From positions 171,618,001 through 171,682,000 of the forward strand of contig NC_086097.1 in the NCBI RefSeq assembly GCF_963921235.1: DNA of 64,000 bases, written 5' to 3'. The position numbers and the translations under genes are program-made. This DNA is from Mobula hypostoma. Taxonomy: Eukaryota. Positions 40,106 through 52,790 of this stretch are shown piece after piece; position 1 is the first letter of the stretch, and each line of letters starts with the position of its first letter. The notes under the pieces were generated by a model. That model ran no database searches. It was given only the letters and a program-made list of their open reading frames with translations, and was not told where the DNA came from.

Positions 40106-42322
40106 TACTATATATACTTATTTCAATGTACTGCTGCTGCAAAGCAGCAAATTTCATGACCTATGTCAGAGATATTAAACCTGATTCTGATTCTATTCTG
40201 TATACTCTTATTGTTTTACCTTGTACGACCTCAACACACTGTGCAATGAATTAATTTGTTGAATGGTATATAGGGCATGGATTTCACGGTACATTGGTAC
40301 ATGTGATAATAATATACCAATCTACCCATTTCGTGTGAAGATTTTGACTGACACCACTGTGAATGACCATCACATCATTCTGAGACTGTGAGTGATGGCT
40401 CTCAACTCTCCAGCCAAGGTTCTGCCTTCAAATTGCCAAACCCTATAAAAATTCTGTCTGTTTCAATGAGATTACCCCTCCTTCCAACAAACTCCAGAGA
40501 GTACAGGCTCAGTCCGCTTAACCTCTTTATGAACAAAAAATACTCCATCGTAGGAAACAGTCTGGTGAACCTTTACCACACTGATTCTACTGCATGTACC
40601 TCCTTTCTGAGAAAGAGTATTCCAGATGCTGTCTCAGTGGAACCCATGTAATTAGAGCAAAAAGTCTTTACTCTTGAAATCAAATCCTTTCACATTGAAG
40701 ACCAGCATATGACCTACCTTCCTAATAGTTTGCTGAATCTACAAGCTAGCTTTCAGTGATTCCTGTACAAAGACACACAGGTTTCTTTGAATGTGAAGAC
40801 CTTTCATTCTCTCAATACTCAGTCAACCCTAATCACTATCATTTAGCAATGATGTGACAACATTGATCACTTTGCACTAAAATGCACTTTTTTTTGCTTC
40901 TAATTGTGTTCTTCCTTGGAGGATAACCAAACTGGCACTCGAATGGTGATTCCATGCACAGAATGCTGTACGGTGTTGTGGTTGACCTCTGCCCACATCA
41001 AATGGTATTTCTGAAGCCAGGCATCTTAGGGAATGTCCTAAATCTTGGTTGATCTGCTGTGTCTGGCCATTGGACGGTGGTTGAAACCCAGAGGAAAGGC
41101 TTGCTGTTTTGCCCATATCAGCATACAGAATGCCCTCCAGAAATGTGATGCAAATTGTGGATTACAATCTGAGAAGATATCCACTGGGAAACCATGAATC
41201 CAGCAGGCCTGGTCCAGAACAATTTTGGCTGTTTCCTGCTTCCGGTGGTAGCATCTCTGAGGTAAAGAACTTGCAGGCTTTTGAAAACTGATCAACAATT
41301 AGCATGATGACTGTCTTCCCTTTGGATGGTAGAAGACCCATCACAAAGTCCATGGAGACATGTGCCCATGGTCTTTCCAGAACAGGTAGGGGGTGGAGGA
41401 GCCTTTGAGGATGGGTACGGGGCTACTTGTTCCGAGAGCACACCTCGCAGGTTTCCACATACTGCCGAACCTCTTTTGTCATTACAGGCCACCAATACCT
41501 GCTCTTGATAAACTTGAAGGTCCTGACAATCCCTGGGTATGCAGTCATTCTCGATGAATGTCTCCATTGGAGTTCTTAGGAACAGGTGGAACTTGGGAAT
41601 AACAGCAGATCCAGAGGAATCTCCCCTTGCCCTTAGGCCTTGTGAACAAGAGCATCCATTCCCCAACAAATTGGCACTACCATCCTGGGCTGGGGCAAAA
41701 TGGTGGTAGGCAGCACCTCTCCTTCTGGTTTGTCAAACTGACAGAACAGGGCATCTGGCTTCTCGTTCTTTGATCCTGGTTGATAAGATAGGATGGAATC
41801 AAAGTGGTTAAAGAGCAAACCATTTGGCCTTCCTAGAAATCAGCCTCTTGGCCTCCCGAACATAAGCCAGGTTCTTGTGGTAACAGACCAAACAATCAAA
41901 GTGTTCTTGGCCCCTCTAGAGAGTGACGCCATTCCTTCAAAGCTAACTTAAATGCAAGAAGCTCCCGAATCCCAGAGTTGTTGTACCTTTCTGCCAGGAA
42001 GGGCTGCCTGGAGAAGAATGCCCACATTTGCAGTTTACCATCCAAAAGTGATCATTGAGACAAGGTGGCACCCACTCTGACATCTGAGGCATCCACCTCC
42101 ACAGTGAAGACAAGGTCTAGGTTAGGAGAAACCAACATGGGAACCATTGTGAACTGCTGTTTAAGCTCTGTAAAATCAGCCTCTGCTTCAGTAGTCCAGA
42201 CAAAAGGGCCCGTGGAACTCTTAGTTAGAGCCATCAGTGGAGCTGCTACCCAACTGAAGTTCCTAATGAACTTCTGGAAGAGGTCTGAAAAACCCCAGGA
42301 ATTGTTGGACTTGTTTAATACT

Positions 42323-43228
42323 AAGATAGGTGGCATTGTGGATAATGAAGTAGGTTTTCAAAGCTTGCAGAGAGATTTCGGCCAGTTAGAAGAGTGGGCT
42401 GAAAGATGGCAGATGGAGTTTAACGCTGATAAATGTGAGGTGCTACACTTTAGTAGGACTAATCAAAATAGGATATAGATGGTAAATGGTAGGGCATTGA
42501 AGAATGCTGTAGAACAGAGGGATCTAGGAATAATGGTGCATAGTTCCCTGAAGGTGGAATCTCATGTGGATAGGGTGGTGAAGAAAGCTTTTGCTATGCT
42601 GGCCTTCATTAATCAGAGCATTGAGTATAGGAGTTGGGATGTAATGTTGAAATTGTATAAGGCATTGGTAAGGCCAAATTTGGAGTATTGTGTACAGTTC
42701 TGGTCACCGAATTATAGGAAAGATGTCAATAAAATTGAGAGAGTACAGAGGAGGTTTACTAAAATGTTGCCTGGGTTTCATCTCCTAAGTTATAGAGAAA
42801 GGTTGAACAAGTTAGGTCTTTATTCTTGGGAGCGTAGAAAGTTGAGGGGGTATTTGATAGAGGTCTTTAAAATTATGAAGAGGATTGATAGAGTTGACGT
42901 GGATAGGCTTTTTCCATTGAGAATGGGGGAGATTCAAACAAGAGGACATGAGTTGAGAGTTAAAGGGCAAAAGTTTAGGGGTAACATGAGGGGGAACTTC
43001 TTTACTCAGAGAGTGGTGGCTGTATGGATCGAGCTTCCAGCAGAAGTGGTTGAGGCAGGTTTGATGTTGTCGTTTAAAGTTAAATTGAATAGCTATATGG
43101 ACAGGAAAGGAATGGAGGCTTATGGGCTGAGTGCAGGTCGGTGGGACTAGGTGAGAGTAAGAGTTCGGCACGGACTAGAAGGGCCAAGATAGCCTGTTTC
43201 CGTGCTGTAATTGTTATATGGTTATATG
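42323..43228 (+). mobile_element. CR1 LINE 3' part inserted in Gypsy pol, with 10-bp TSD
   Basis: ORF 42479..43150 is the CR1 RT C-terminus; (TATATGGT)n tail; GTTTAATACT at 42313-42322 and 43229-43238. Confidence 0.93.
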
Positions 43229-45900
43229 GTTTAATACTGGATGATAGTGGCCAGTCTCTGATCACCTGGGTCTTGGTAGGGTTCATCTTGAGATGGACAC
43301 TGAAGAAGCTGAAACCCAAAAATAAGACAGTCGTCATGTGAAACTCAGACTTCTTCAACATGTCATAAAGTCCATGGTCTAGAAGCCTCTCTAAAGTGTC
43401 CCTGACGTGAGCGATGTGCTCCTCCATGGACTTCAAGAAGATTAGGATATCATCCAAGTAGACGAAGGCATACTCATGGAGAGTATCCCAGAGCATGTCA
43501 TTTATAAAGACCTGGAAAATGATTGAAGCATCTGCAAGGCTGAAGAGCAAAACGGGTACTCGTCGTACCCTGTCGGTGTATTGAATGCAGTCTTCCAATC
43601 ATCACCTTCTCTTATATGGACCAGATTGTATACATTCCATAGGTCTAGTTTTGTGAATATTCTTGCTCCTTGGAACATCTCGAAGTCCGTATTCATGAGC
43701 GGAAGGGGGTAGCAATTCTTGGCCATTATGTAGTTTAATCCCCTATAATCACTGCACAGTCACAGACTTACCATCTTCCTTTCGTACAAACAAGAAGCCT
43801 GAACCAGCGGATGACGGAGGGCTGAATGAAGCCCATGGCAAGAGCCTCCTTTATGTACTCCTCCATGGTGGTTCTCTCTGGGTCTGAGAGTGCATACAAC
43901 TGACCCTGCGGGAAACAAGTACCAGGCAGCAGGTCTATAGCACAGTTGTAAGGTCAGTGTGGTGGAATAGTCAAGGCCCTTCCCTTGCTGAAGGCCTCCA
44001 CCAAGACTGAAGGGATTTCAACCAGTTTGGGTGTTGATATCTCCTCCGGACCTTCCCTCAAGGATGACTTGAGGTTTCTTAGGTGGCAGGAGTGATTCGA
44101 CAAACCTCACAGTCCCCTTCCTCGGTTCACAAAGCTCATTCGTAGAAACAGTGGGCAAATCAGAGTCCCAATCCCTGTCGGTATCTTCAGGCAATGGCAG
44201 CGAGGCACTACAGATGGTCCTTGACCGTGCCCTGCCACCCCGGAGATCGGCTTCAAGGATCAGCATAATGCAGGCTTTCCTTTCCTTGAGACCTGACTGC
44301 TGGATTGCTGGATTCCTTAAGCTTAACTGCAAGTTTTCCAGACTCCTCAGGCTTCTCCTTAGTCCCCTCCTGAATGAGAGATTCCCTCTCTGTAGTGCCC
44401 ATGGGGTTCTGTCTAGACAGTGTCAGGACTCAGTCTCCAGAAGGTCCCAGATTACCTCGCACTAAAGGCTGCACCCTTATCTGTTGTTGGTCTCCGGAGA
44501 GTCTGGGTGTCGGAACACCAGGCTGCAAACAACCCCTCTTACAATGACTGGACAAAGCAATGGTTCTCTCCTCCCTCCAGTCCATGGAATGGTTATGCTG
44601 GGACAGCCAAGTGTTTCTGAGAATCAGGTGTATGAGTGGAGAGCCAATAACGTCTTACACATGATCCGCTATGCTTATCTATAAAACCACAGTCTGTTGC
44701 TGGATCTGCTCAGAATCTAGCAGGCGGCCGTCCAAGACAATTGCTGGCAAGGACTGCCTCAAATCTCACAGCGGTATCTCTGTGGGCAGCGGTATCTCTG
44801 TAGAACTGATAGGCAATTTCCCTATTCAGAAAATTACCTGTTGCCCCAGAGTCCTCAAAAGCTCTCTCCTCCCTCAAGTTCTTACCCCAAATGAACTCCA
44901 TCTTTAGCATGAAACCAAAATCTGTGAAATTGGAGTAGTGGCTGCTACCGTCACATTCCTCTTGACACTGGACGGTCTTTGCACTTTCCAGACGGTTGCT
45001 ACCTGGGACATTCAGCCTGCAGGTAACCAACTTCCCTACAGCAAAAGCAGTGATGTTGACTCCAACGCCGGAACTTCTCATTGATGGAGAGCCTAGTGCA
45101 ACCAACCTGTATGGGTTTGACTGGATCTTGAACAGATGATCAACTGGTTATGGATCATGGTCGTGGTCCGAGATTAGGGAGTGGAACTGCAATGTGTAGG
45201 GACCGGGCTTGGATTGGCTCTCTTCAACCTGCTGAAGTGGTCCCACTTTTGCTCTTCCAGATGATTATCAAGACAGATAGACTGGTTGGCTAGAACATGT
45301 AAATTCTCTGCTGGCTCTCCCAAGGCGAGGGCATCCTTCAGTTCATCTTGAAATCTGTGGTGGTATAGCGTGGCCTTGGCCTTCCCGTTCCAACAACCCT
45401 CCTGGGCCAAGGTCTGAAATTCGATCGCCTAGTCGGTCACTGACCGTCCCCACTGGCGAATCCTCATCAGGCGGTCCAATACTTTCCACATGGCAGCCAT
45501 GAATTCCTCTGAATCTGAGCAAATCTCTGACCCACATTTCCAACGTGGACGCCCAGGCCAGGGTTTCTCCATGCAGGACAGAGATATTGAAGGCCACTTT
45601 TCCGTGCTCAGAAGGGAACCAGGATGGCTGGAGCTCGAACACTAATGAGCATTGGGTGAGGAAGCTGAGGCAAAACCTGGGTCACCATTGAATCTCCCTG
45701 GGCTTGGATGATGTGCTGGCTCCACAGAACAACCAACAGGCTCTCTCGAGTGACCCTGGCTTCCTCCTTGTGAAAGCTGATGATCGAGTACCCGGAGGTT
45801 GTGAATCTCCAGGCCCTGTCTGGAATTCATTTCTCTGTGGCTGGCCACAGCAGACAAAAGTTTCTGATATTCCATTGGGTCCATGTTGGCTCAATCGTAC

Positions 45901-46212
45901 TGTGATGAGAGTCCTTGACAAGGATGGTTTGGACCCAAATGCTGGGGTGTCTGAAACAGAGATCGAGACGCAGTATAAAAATGGATCTGAGCACAAAATA
46001 AACACTAGATGAAATCGCTAGTAGGCTCACAATTGCGCACCAAACCTCAGTTCAGATGTTCCTTAAATACTCAATTTGTGGCACCCAAAACATGATTACC
46101 AATTAGTTGGACTGTCCTGAACCCTTAAAGAGGCTGTGCCAGCTATCCATACCCCAGAGAGTTAGGGCATCTAAATCCCGGAAACTGGTGTGGTTGGGAG
46201 TGTCTCATAACA
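45901..46212 (-). repeat. 5' LTR (312 bp) of the Gypsy element
   Basis: Minus strand starts TGTTATGAGA and ends TCTCATCACA (9/10 inverted match); TATTTAA at about 46063-46069; followed by a PBS-position sequence and the gag ATG at 45884. Confidence 0.75.
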
Positions 46213-47280
46213 CTATGACTCAATGACTGCAATCTTTCCTGTTCTCTTGCTTTATTAGCCAGCAATGTAAGACAGTCTAGTGAAGCTATAATGGTGGTAT
46301 TAATTATCCCATGCTGATACTTTGTATGTTTCACTGCTTCTCAGTGACAGGAGCATCCAGTTATTCAGAAGGAGGTTGTGCATATAGCACTGCCCCATGC
46401 AGTTATAATAGAGGCTACACCTGCTGTGGAAATGATGCTATGTCTTTTGATTTAATTACACTTTGTTAAATGTTTGCTATCCACTTTATCAGCTCCATTT
46501 CATTCTGTAAGCCTGTTCAGCATTGTGCTGTCTTGATCCCATCTAAAGCAAGGCCAGACAGTACACTGCGTAAATAAGCAATAATCTACATCAGAACATA
46601 ATAATCTGTTGTAAACCCTCTATTAAACACTTTACCATATGGAAAGAGACCCACAGAAGGCAACACTGATAAATGTTCATTGTCTGATATACAAATGCCT
46701 GTCAGTCTCTTGAATAATAGCTTCCTCTGCATGCATTACACCATGACCATCATTTTTTAACATTTAAAATATGCCAGAATCAGAAAGGACATATGTTGCT
46801 TACAATCATTTCCATGATGCTTGCTTTTCTCTTTATCAAACATTACAAATTCTATTTCCTCACTTTAACAGTTCACATGGTTGCTTTTGGCTTTGGTGCT
46901 TAGTTTAAATGTAATCCTTACAATATAGGCATTACATTTTACCACAGGCAAAAGTGGCAGCAATTTGATCCTGCAGGATCCTCACTGCCTTGGTAAAGCA
47001 GTCAACATAATCTAAGACCACACCAACCTCAAATATTCTCTCTTCTCCCCCACTTCCATTGCACAGAAGACAGAAAGCCTGAACGCATACACCAGCAAGC
47101 TGAAGGACATCTTCCATCCTGTTTGTATAAGATTATTGAACAGTACTTCAGTACGATGAGATGGACTCTTGAACTCATAATCTACCTCATCATGGCCTTG
47201 CATCTTATTGTCTGTCTGCAGTGCACTTTCTCTGTAACTGTAACACTTTATCGCATGTTCTGTTATTGCTTTACCTTGTA

Positions 47281-49002
47281 CTCTGGCAGACTTTGCAGGC
47301 CATTACTTCCTATAAAGCGAAACCCAACACCATAAATGGCAGTGATACTTTATTACCAGGCGAGCAGAATGCCTTTTACACCTGGATTGAAAGGCAGAAT
47401 GTAATTATATCTGCGAGGGCCCCTGCTGCACCCCGTGACCATGGTGATCTCTGTCTCGGGGGCTGCCATCAAGGTGTCTTTCAGGAGCGTGAACCATCGC
47501 ATGGCGGCAGGGCTTGATGGAGCATCTGGTAAGTTTCTGAAAACTTGTGCCAACCAACTGGCAGGTGTATTCAAAAGCACTTTCAATCTCTCACTGCTAC
47601 ATTAGGAATTTCCCACCTGTTTCAAAAAGTAACGATTACCCAAGAAGAGTAGTGTGAACTGCCTCAATGATTATCATCCAGTAGCACTCACATCTATGGC
47701 AATTAAATGTTTTGAGGGGTTGGTCATAGCTAGAAACAACTCCAGCCTCAGCTAGGAACTGTACCCACTGCAATTTTCCTATCGCCACAATAGGTCTACG
47801 GCAGATGCAATCTCAATGGCTCTCCACCTGGCCTTAGATCTCCTGGACAACACAAACACCTATGTCAGGATGCTGTTCATTGACTACAGCTCAGGGTTTG
47901 ATGCCATCATTCCTATAATTCTGATCAAAAAGCTACAGAACCTGGGCTTCTGTACCTCCCTCCCTCTGCAATTGGATCCTTGACTTCAAGAAGACCACAA
48001 TCCGTGCAGATTGATATAACATATCTATCTCACTAATGGTCAACACTGGCACACCTCAGTTTGCTCAGCCTACTGTTCTAGTCTCTCTAGACCCATAACT
48101 ATGTGACTAGACATAACTCAGATGGCATCCATAAATTTGCTGATGATACAACCATTGTTGACAGAAGCTCAGAGAGGGCATACAGAAGCGAGGTATACCA
48201 GCTAGTTGAGTGGTGTCGCAGCAACAACCTTGCACTCTGCAACAGTAAGACCAAAGAGCTGATTGTGGACTTCAGAAAGGGTAAGACAAGAGAACATGAA
48301 CCGGTCCTCGAAGAGAGACCATAAGCAGAGAGAGTGAGCAGCTTCAAGTTCCTGGGGGTCAAGATCTCTGAGGATCTAACCTGGTCCCAACATATCGATG
48401 CAACTATAAAGAAGGCAAGACAGCGACTACATTAGATTAGGAGTTTGAGGAGGTTTTGTTTTTCACCTAAAATATTTGAAAACTTCTACAGATGTACTAT
48501 GGATTGCATTCTAACGGGCTGCATCACTGTTTTGTTGAGGGGGCAACTGCACAGGATCAAAAGAAGCAACAGAAAATTTTTAAATTAATTATCTCTATCA
48601 TGGGTACCAGCTTCCATAGTATCCAAGTAATCTTCAAAGAGCGGTGCCTCAGAAAGGCGGCATCCATTATTAAGGACCCCCATCACCCAGGACTTGTCCC
48701 CTTCTCATTGTTACTGTCAGGAAGGAGGTACAGAAGCCTGAAGGCACACTTTCAATGAACAGCTTCTTCCCCTGTGCCATCCAATTTCTCAGTAGCCATT
48801 GAACCCAAGAACACTACCTCACATTTTAATTATTTCTGTTTTTGCACTATATTTAATTTCACTATTTAATATACATATATACACTTACTGTAATTGATTT
48901 ATTTTTTTCTGATATTTATCACATATTGCTTGGGACTGCTGCTGCTAAGTTAACAAATTTCATGACCCATTCCGGTGATATTAAACCTGATTCTGATTCT
49001 GA
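47281..49002 (+). mobile_element. Rex1-like LINE RT region, inserted in another LINE 3'UTR (about 46980-49110)
   Basis: ORFs 48103..48324 (KFADDTT) and 48492..48758; (GATTCT)n tail; host resumes at tacgaccccaatacactg. Confidence 0.88.
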
Positions 49003-49939
49003 TACGACCCCAATACACTGCATAATGAAATGATCTGCACAGATAGCATTCAAAACAAAGATTTTCAGTGTACCTCAGTACATGCAACAAAAATAAAGCA
49101 ATTTACCAAATATAATATCGGCTTTGTCTCAGTAAGAACTTGGATAGAATAGAATATCATCTTACTGAAACATACTAAACTTTGATAAACTTTGGTAGGG
49201 CAGACTTTGAGTCAGTATTTCCTCTGCATGTTTGGAAGTAGGGGTCATGGTGTCATTACAAAGACAAGAAATCTTCCTTCTGGGGAATATTGCAACTTTG
49301 AATTTTTCACTGAAGATAGCTATAGAGGCTCAGTTAATGAAAGTGTTTGAGACAGAGATAGGTACAGAGGGATGTACCCAGGGATCTTCAGTTCCAATTT
49401 CATAACTCCCTGAAAGTGGATGCATAAGTTAGTAGGGTGGTGAAGAGCAACCAAGCAACCTGCTGAATGAATTCAGCAGGTTGAGCATTGTGGGATGAAA
49501 GGAAATGCCAATGTTTTGGGTCAAAATCTTGCATCATGACTGAGAATGGAGAGGCAAGGTGAGCATATAAATAGGAGAGGGGAAGGATGAGAAAGGATTC
49601 AAAAGTGATTGGTGGACTGTGGAAGGGGTAAGATGACAGGCAGAGAGGTAGGGGACAGAGCATGGATGAAGTTGGAAGACAGTTGCAGGCGAATGGAGGA
49701 GGTCAAAAAGATAGAGTAAAAATTCTTGGCAGTAATGTGCTGCTAGGGCTGGTGGAAGCAAGTACAATAGAGGTGTTTACGCAATGAATGGATGGATTTT
49801 GATCATATGCTGGCAGAAAGGATGTGTGTCATTAACTGAATTAGTTCAGCACAGTATTGTGGCTGAAGGACTTGTTCCTGTGCTATGCTGTTCTAGGTTG
49901 GCTTTGGTGACAGCACAGAAAGTTATCAGTCAGCTTAGG

Positions 49940-50677
49940 GTTTTAGGGACGAGGTCGAGAAAAATTTAGAGGCCAGTGTTTGGAGTCCGAGTGGTCTGTG
50001 GTAGAAGGTCAGCGATCTGGGAGATCAGGTTGGGAGGCACAGCAGAGGCCAGCAATTCTCAGGTCACCAACTCCAGAGTCAGAGATCTTATGGACAGTAG
50101 TTATAAGGGCCAGTGAATTTCCCCCTCTCCCCGGTCACTGGAGCTGGAGGTCCATGTGAGTCCAGAAGTTAGATTGTGAAGGTCAAACCCATGAGTGGTG
50201 AGTCTAGGGTCAAGGCCTCAAAGTCAAACCCATGATCAGTGAGTCCTGGCGTAGGTTCACAGAGGGCAAAGCTGAAGGTCAAAGTTCAGGGCTCGGCAAG
50301 TCCAGAGGTAGAAGTCCAAAGGTTGATTGGCAAAGTTGGCAAGTCTAGAGGTAGAAGCCTGAAGGTTGAAGGCCCAGTACCTGTGAGTCTGAGAATCTGA
50401 GGCCAAGGACTGGAGGCCTGGAGACAACCTGTCCTGATGTTGGAGGCCTGTCTGTGTATGTGAGTGGGTGGGTGAGCAGGAGGCTGAGAAAGGGGCTTGT
50501 TTTGCTTTTGCTACATGTTTTGTTCTGCTGAACATTATGGGCATGCTATGTTGGCGCAAGAATGTGTAGCAACACTTGTAGGCTGTCCCCAGCGCATCCT
50601 TGTGTGTGTTTCCTGTTAATGCAGATGACACATTTCATTATGTTTTGAAGTTCATGTGATAAATAAATCTGAATCTA
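49940..50677 (+). mobile_element. Non-autonomous retroposon with (GAATCT)n tail
   Basis: Internal subrepeats (gtcaaacccatga twice; gcaagtc.agaggtagaag twice); ends aataaatctgaatct. Confidence 0.55.
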
Positions 50678-51165
50678 TAGTACATTTTTGATAGGAGGCA
50701 GGGAATATAGATACAACGGATAATTAAGGAATATGAATGGAATGTTGCACATTCTCTATAACATCTGCTTGTTATGTAATACACCTTTCATTCAAATCCC
50801 CTTGAAAACTCTTTACTCACTTATGCCCTGTCATGGGTAAAACTGTTAACTATTTACTTTATCTCTGCATCTTATGATCTTATAGACTTTTATCAGGCCA
50901 TGCCCCAGCCTAAAAGGAAAACAATAATTTCACACAATCTCTCCTTCTACCCTTACTGCTTTCCTTGGGGAATATTTGCACCTGATATTTCTGTTTGTTC
51001 ATCTAGTAGTGTTGCACTTTTGAAGAGTGAAATGATTGGTTCATCAATGCCTCTATTTTCTCAGAAGGCTAAGGAAACTTGGAGTTCCCCTGATGATGCT
51101 TGCAAGTTTTTACAGATGCACCTTAGAAAGCATCCTAACCGGATGCAATTGCTCTGTTCAAATTC

Positions 51166-51746
51166 TCCCCTTTCCCCTTCAGCCCGTAGAATGATTGCAT
51201 TTCTTACTTTAATGGCGAAAAGATGTATTTTACAACATTGGAAAGAGCTTAATGCTCCAACTACCTTTTTTTGGTTTTCTCAGACGATTTTATGTTTGAA
51301 TTTGGAGAAAATTAGAAGTAACCTTTATGATTCTTCATTTAAATTTGAACAGATTTGGGGACCTTTTATTCGATATTTTCATTTAATGTAATATTTACCC
51401 TTCTTGTTTTTTTTTCACTGTTTTTAATGGAGGTCGGGATTGAGGACGTGATTTTAAGTTTAACTCTGTTTGGTTTCAAGTTAGCCCATTGCTTTGCTTT
51501 GCTTTTAGTTAGTTGCACGGTGGGTTTTTTTTTGGGGGTTTTTTTTCTTTTTTTTTCCATTGATATATATAAAATTTAGTATACTATTATGTTATCTTGG
51601 TTTCTTATGTTTAAATTACATTGTTTGTAGTTTTTTTTTGGTATTGATACCTTTTGGAATTTTATTATACTTTAACATTGTATTAATGTTTATATGGCTT
51701 ACCTTTTTTGTATACTTAATAAAAAGATTTAAAAAGAAAGAAAGAA
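51166..51746 (+). mobile_element. L1-clade LINE 3' end with 7-bp TSD
   Basis: AKRCILQHWK...LNLEKI...W.PF C-terminus (ORF 50900..51391), T-rich 3'UTR, AATAAA and A-rich tail; CAAATTC at 51159-51165 and 51747-51753 inside a Rex1-like fragment. Confidence 0.85.
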
Positions 51747-52464
51747 CAAATTCGCAAAACATTGCAGACTCAGCCCAGTCCATTGTGCAAACCAGCCTCC
51801 TCTCTGTTGACTGCACCTATGCTTCCCTCTGCTTTATCAAGAGCGTCCCCCACCTTGGTCATGCTCTCCGATCCACTCCTCCCATAAGGCAGAAGATACA
51901 AAAGCTTGAAAGCACCTATCACCAGGTTCAAGGAGAGCATTTATCCTGCTATTATCTTTTCATTTGCTAAAGATGAACTCTTGATCTCCCAGTCCATCTC
52001 GCTGTGGCCCTTGCACTTTATTTGACTACCTGCTCTGCTCTTTCTCTGTAACTATATTCTGCACTCCGTTTACTTTCTTTTTGTACTACATCAATCAAAT
52101 TATGTATGGAATGATCTGTTTGGATGACACCCAAGCAAAAGTTTTCCATTGTACCTCAGTGTGTGTGACAGTAATATACCAATACCAATAGCAAGTTTCA
52201 AAGATTGACTATGCCTAGGTTAGAGTTAGAGCTGTTGTTATCCTGGTTACTTGGTATTGAACTTTGAGTTTTTGAGCATCTGTTTCAAAGAACGTGACTT
52301 GCATGCCTTTAGAACTCCAAGACATCCAAAGTACCTTGCATTATACTGTTCAATGCAAATGTTCCTGTCTTCTGAACAAATTTAAAATAAACTTAACAGA
52401 TGGAACTGCTCTGTACTGGGGCTGGAGAAAGCAGACTAAATTGGAGACTGCCTGAGCCCACAGG

Positions 52465-52790
52465 ACAACACATTGATAGAGCCACTGCTTCGCAGCACCA
52501 GAAATCTGAGTCTAATTCTGACCTCGGGTGCTGTCTGTGTGAAGTTTGCATGCTCTCCCTGAGACTATATGGGTACCTTCCCACATCCCAAAGATGTGCA
52601 GGTTGGCAGATTAATTGGCCACTGTAAATAGCCCCTAGCATGTAGGAAGGTGGTATAATCTGAATGCAGTTCATGATAACGTGGACAGCATAAAATAGGA
52701 TTAATGAAGGATTAGTGGAAAAGCTACTTGATATAGTCAACAGAGGCTTGATGGTTTGAAGCCTGTTTCCAAGATGTATCTCACTTTAAT
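52465..52790 (+). mobile_element. V-SINE (HE1/HER1-like)
   Basis: Degenerate tRNA head, V-domain ctgtgtgaagtttgcatgctctccc, cccacatcccaaagatgtgcaggtt...attggccactgtaaat core, LINE-like tail. Confidence 0.8.

Larger units (their letters stand above)
34490..40194 (+). mobile_element. Near full-length Rex1/Babar-like LINE (APE + RT), decayed, carrying four nested insertions
   Basis: Endonuclease motifs ETWL, GGV, IAGDFN, TLDHCY, GKSDH (ORFs 34920..35165, 35054..35599); RT in 35965..36712 (IIPVPKK, QFA, KFAD); 3' pieces at 38143-38190, 38527-38606 and 40106-40194 with (GATTCT)n tail. Confidence 0.88.
40915..46212 (-). mobile_element. Ty3/Gypsy (sushi-like) LTR retrotransposon, decayed and 3'-truncated
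   Basis: Order on the minus strand: LTR, gag (45884 MDP..., FELQPS, KVAF, LKDALA), degenerate zinc knuckle CFCCREVGYLQAEC, protease DSGATGNF, RT (YPLP, FTKLDL, VYLDDILIF), RNase H (VEVDASD), integrase (MDFV, SD..PQF, NGQT, SPFECQFGY). Confidence 0.93.

Noticed and set aside
40860..40915. 3' LTR or chromodomain of the Gypsy element
   Set aside because: No second copy of 45901-46212 is seen; the element stops just after the integrase core.
50900..51391. 163-aa ORF as a host gene
   Set aside because: Chimera of flanking repeat fragments and the L1 ORF2 C-terminus.
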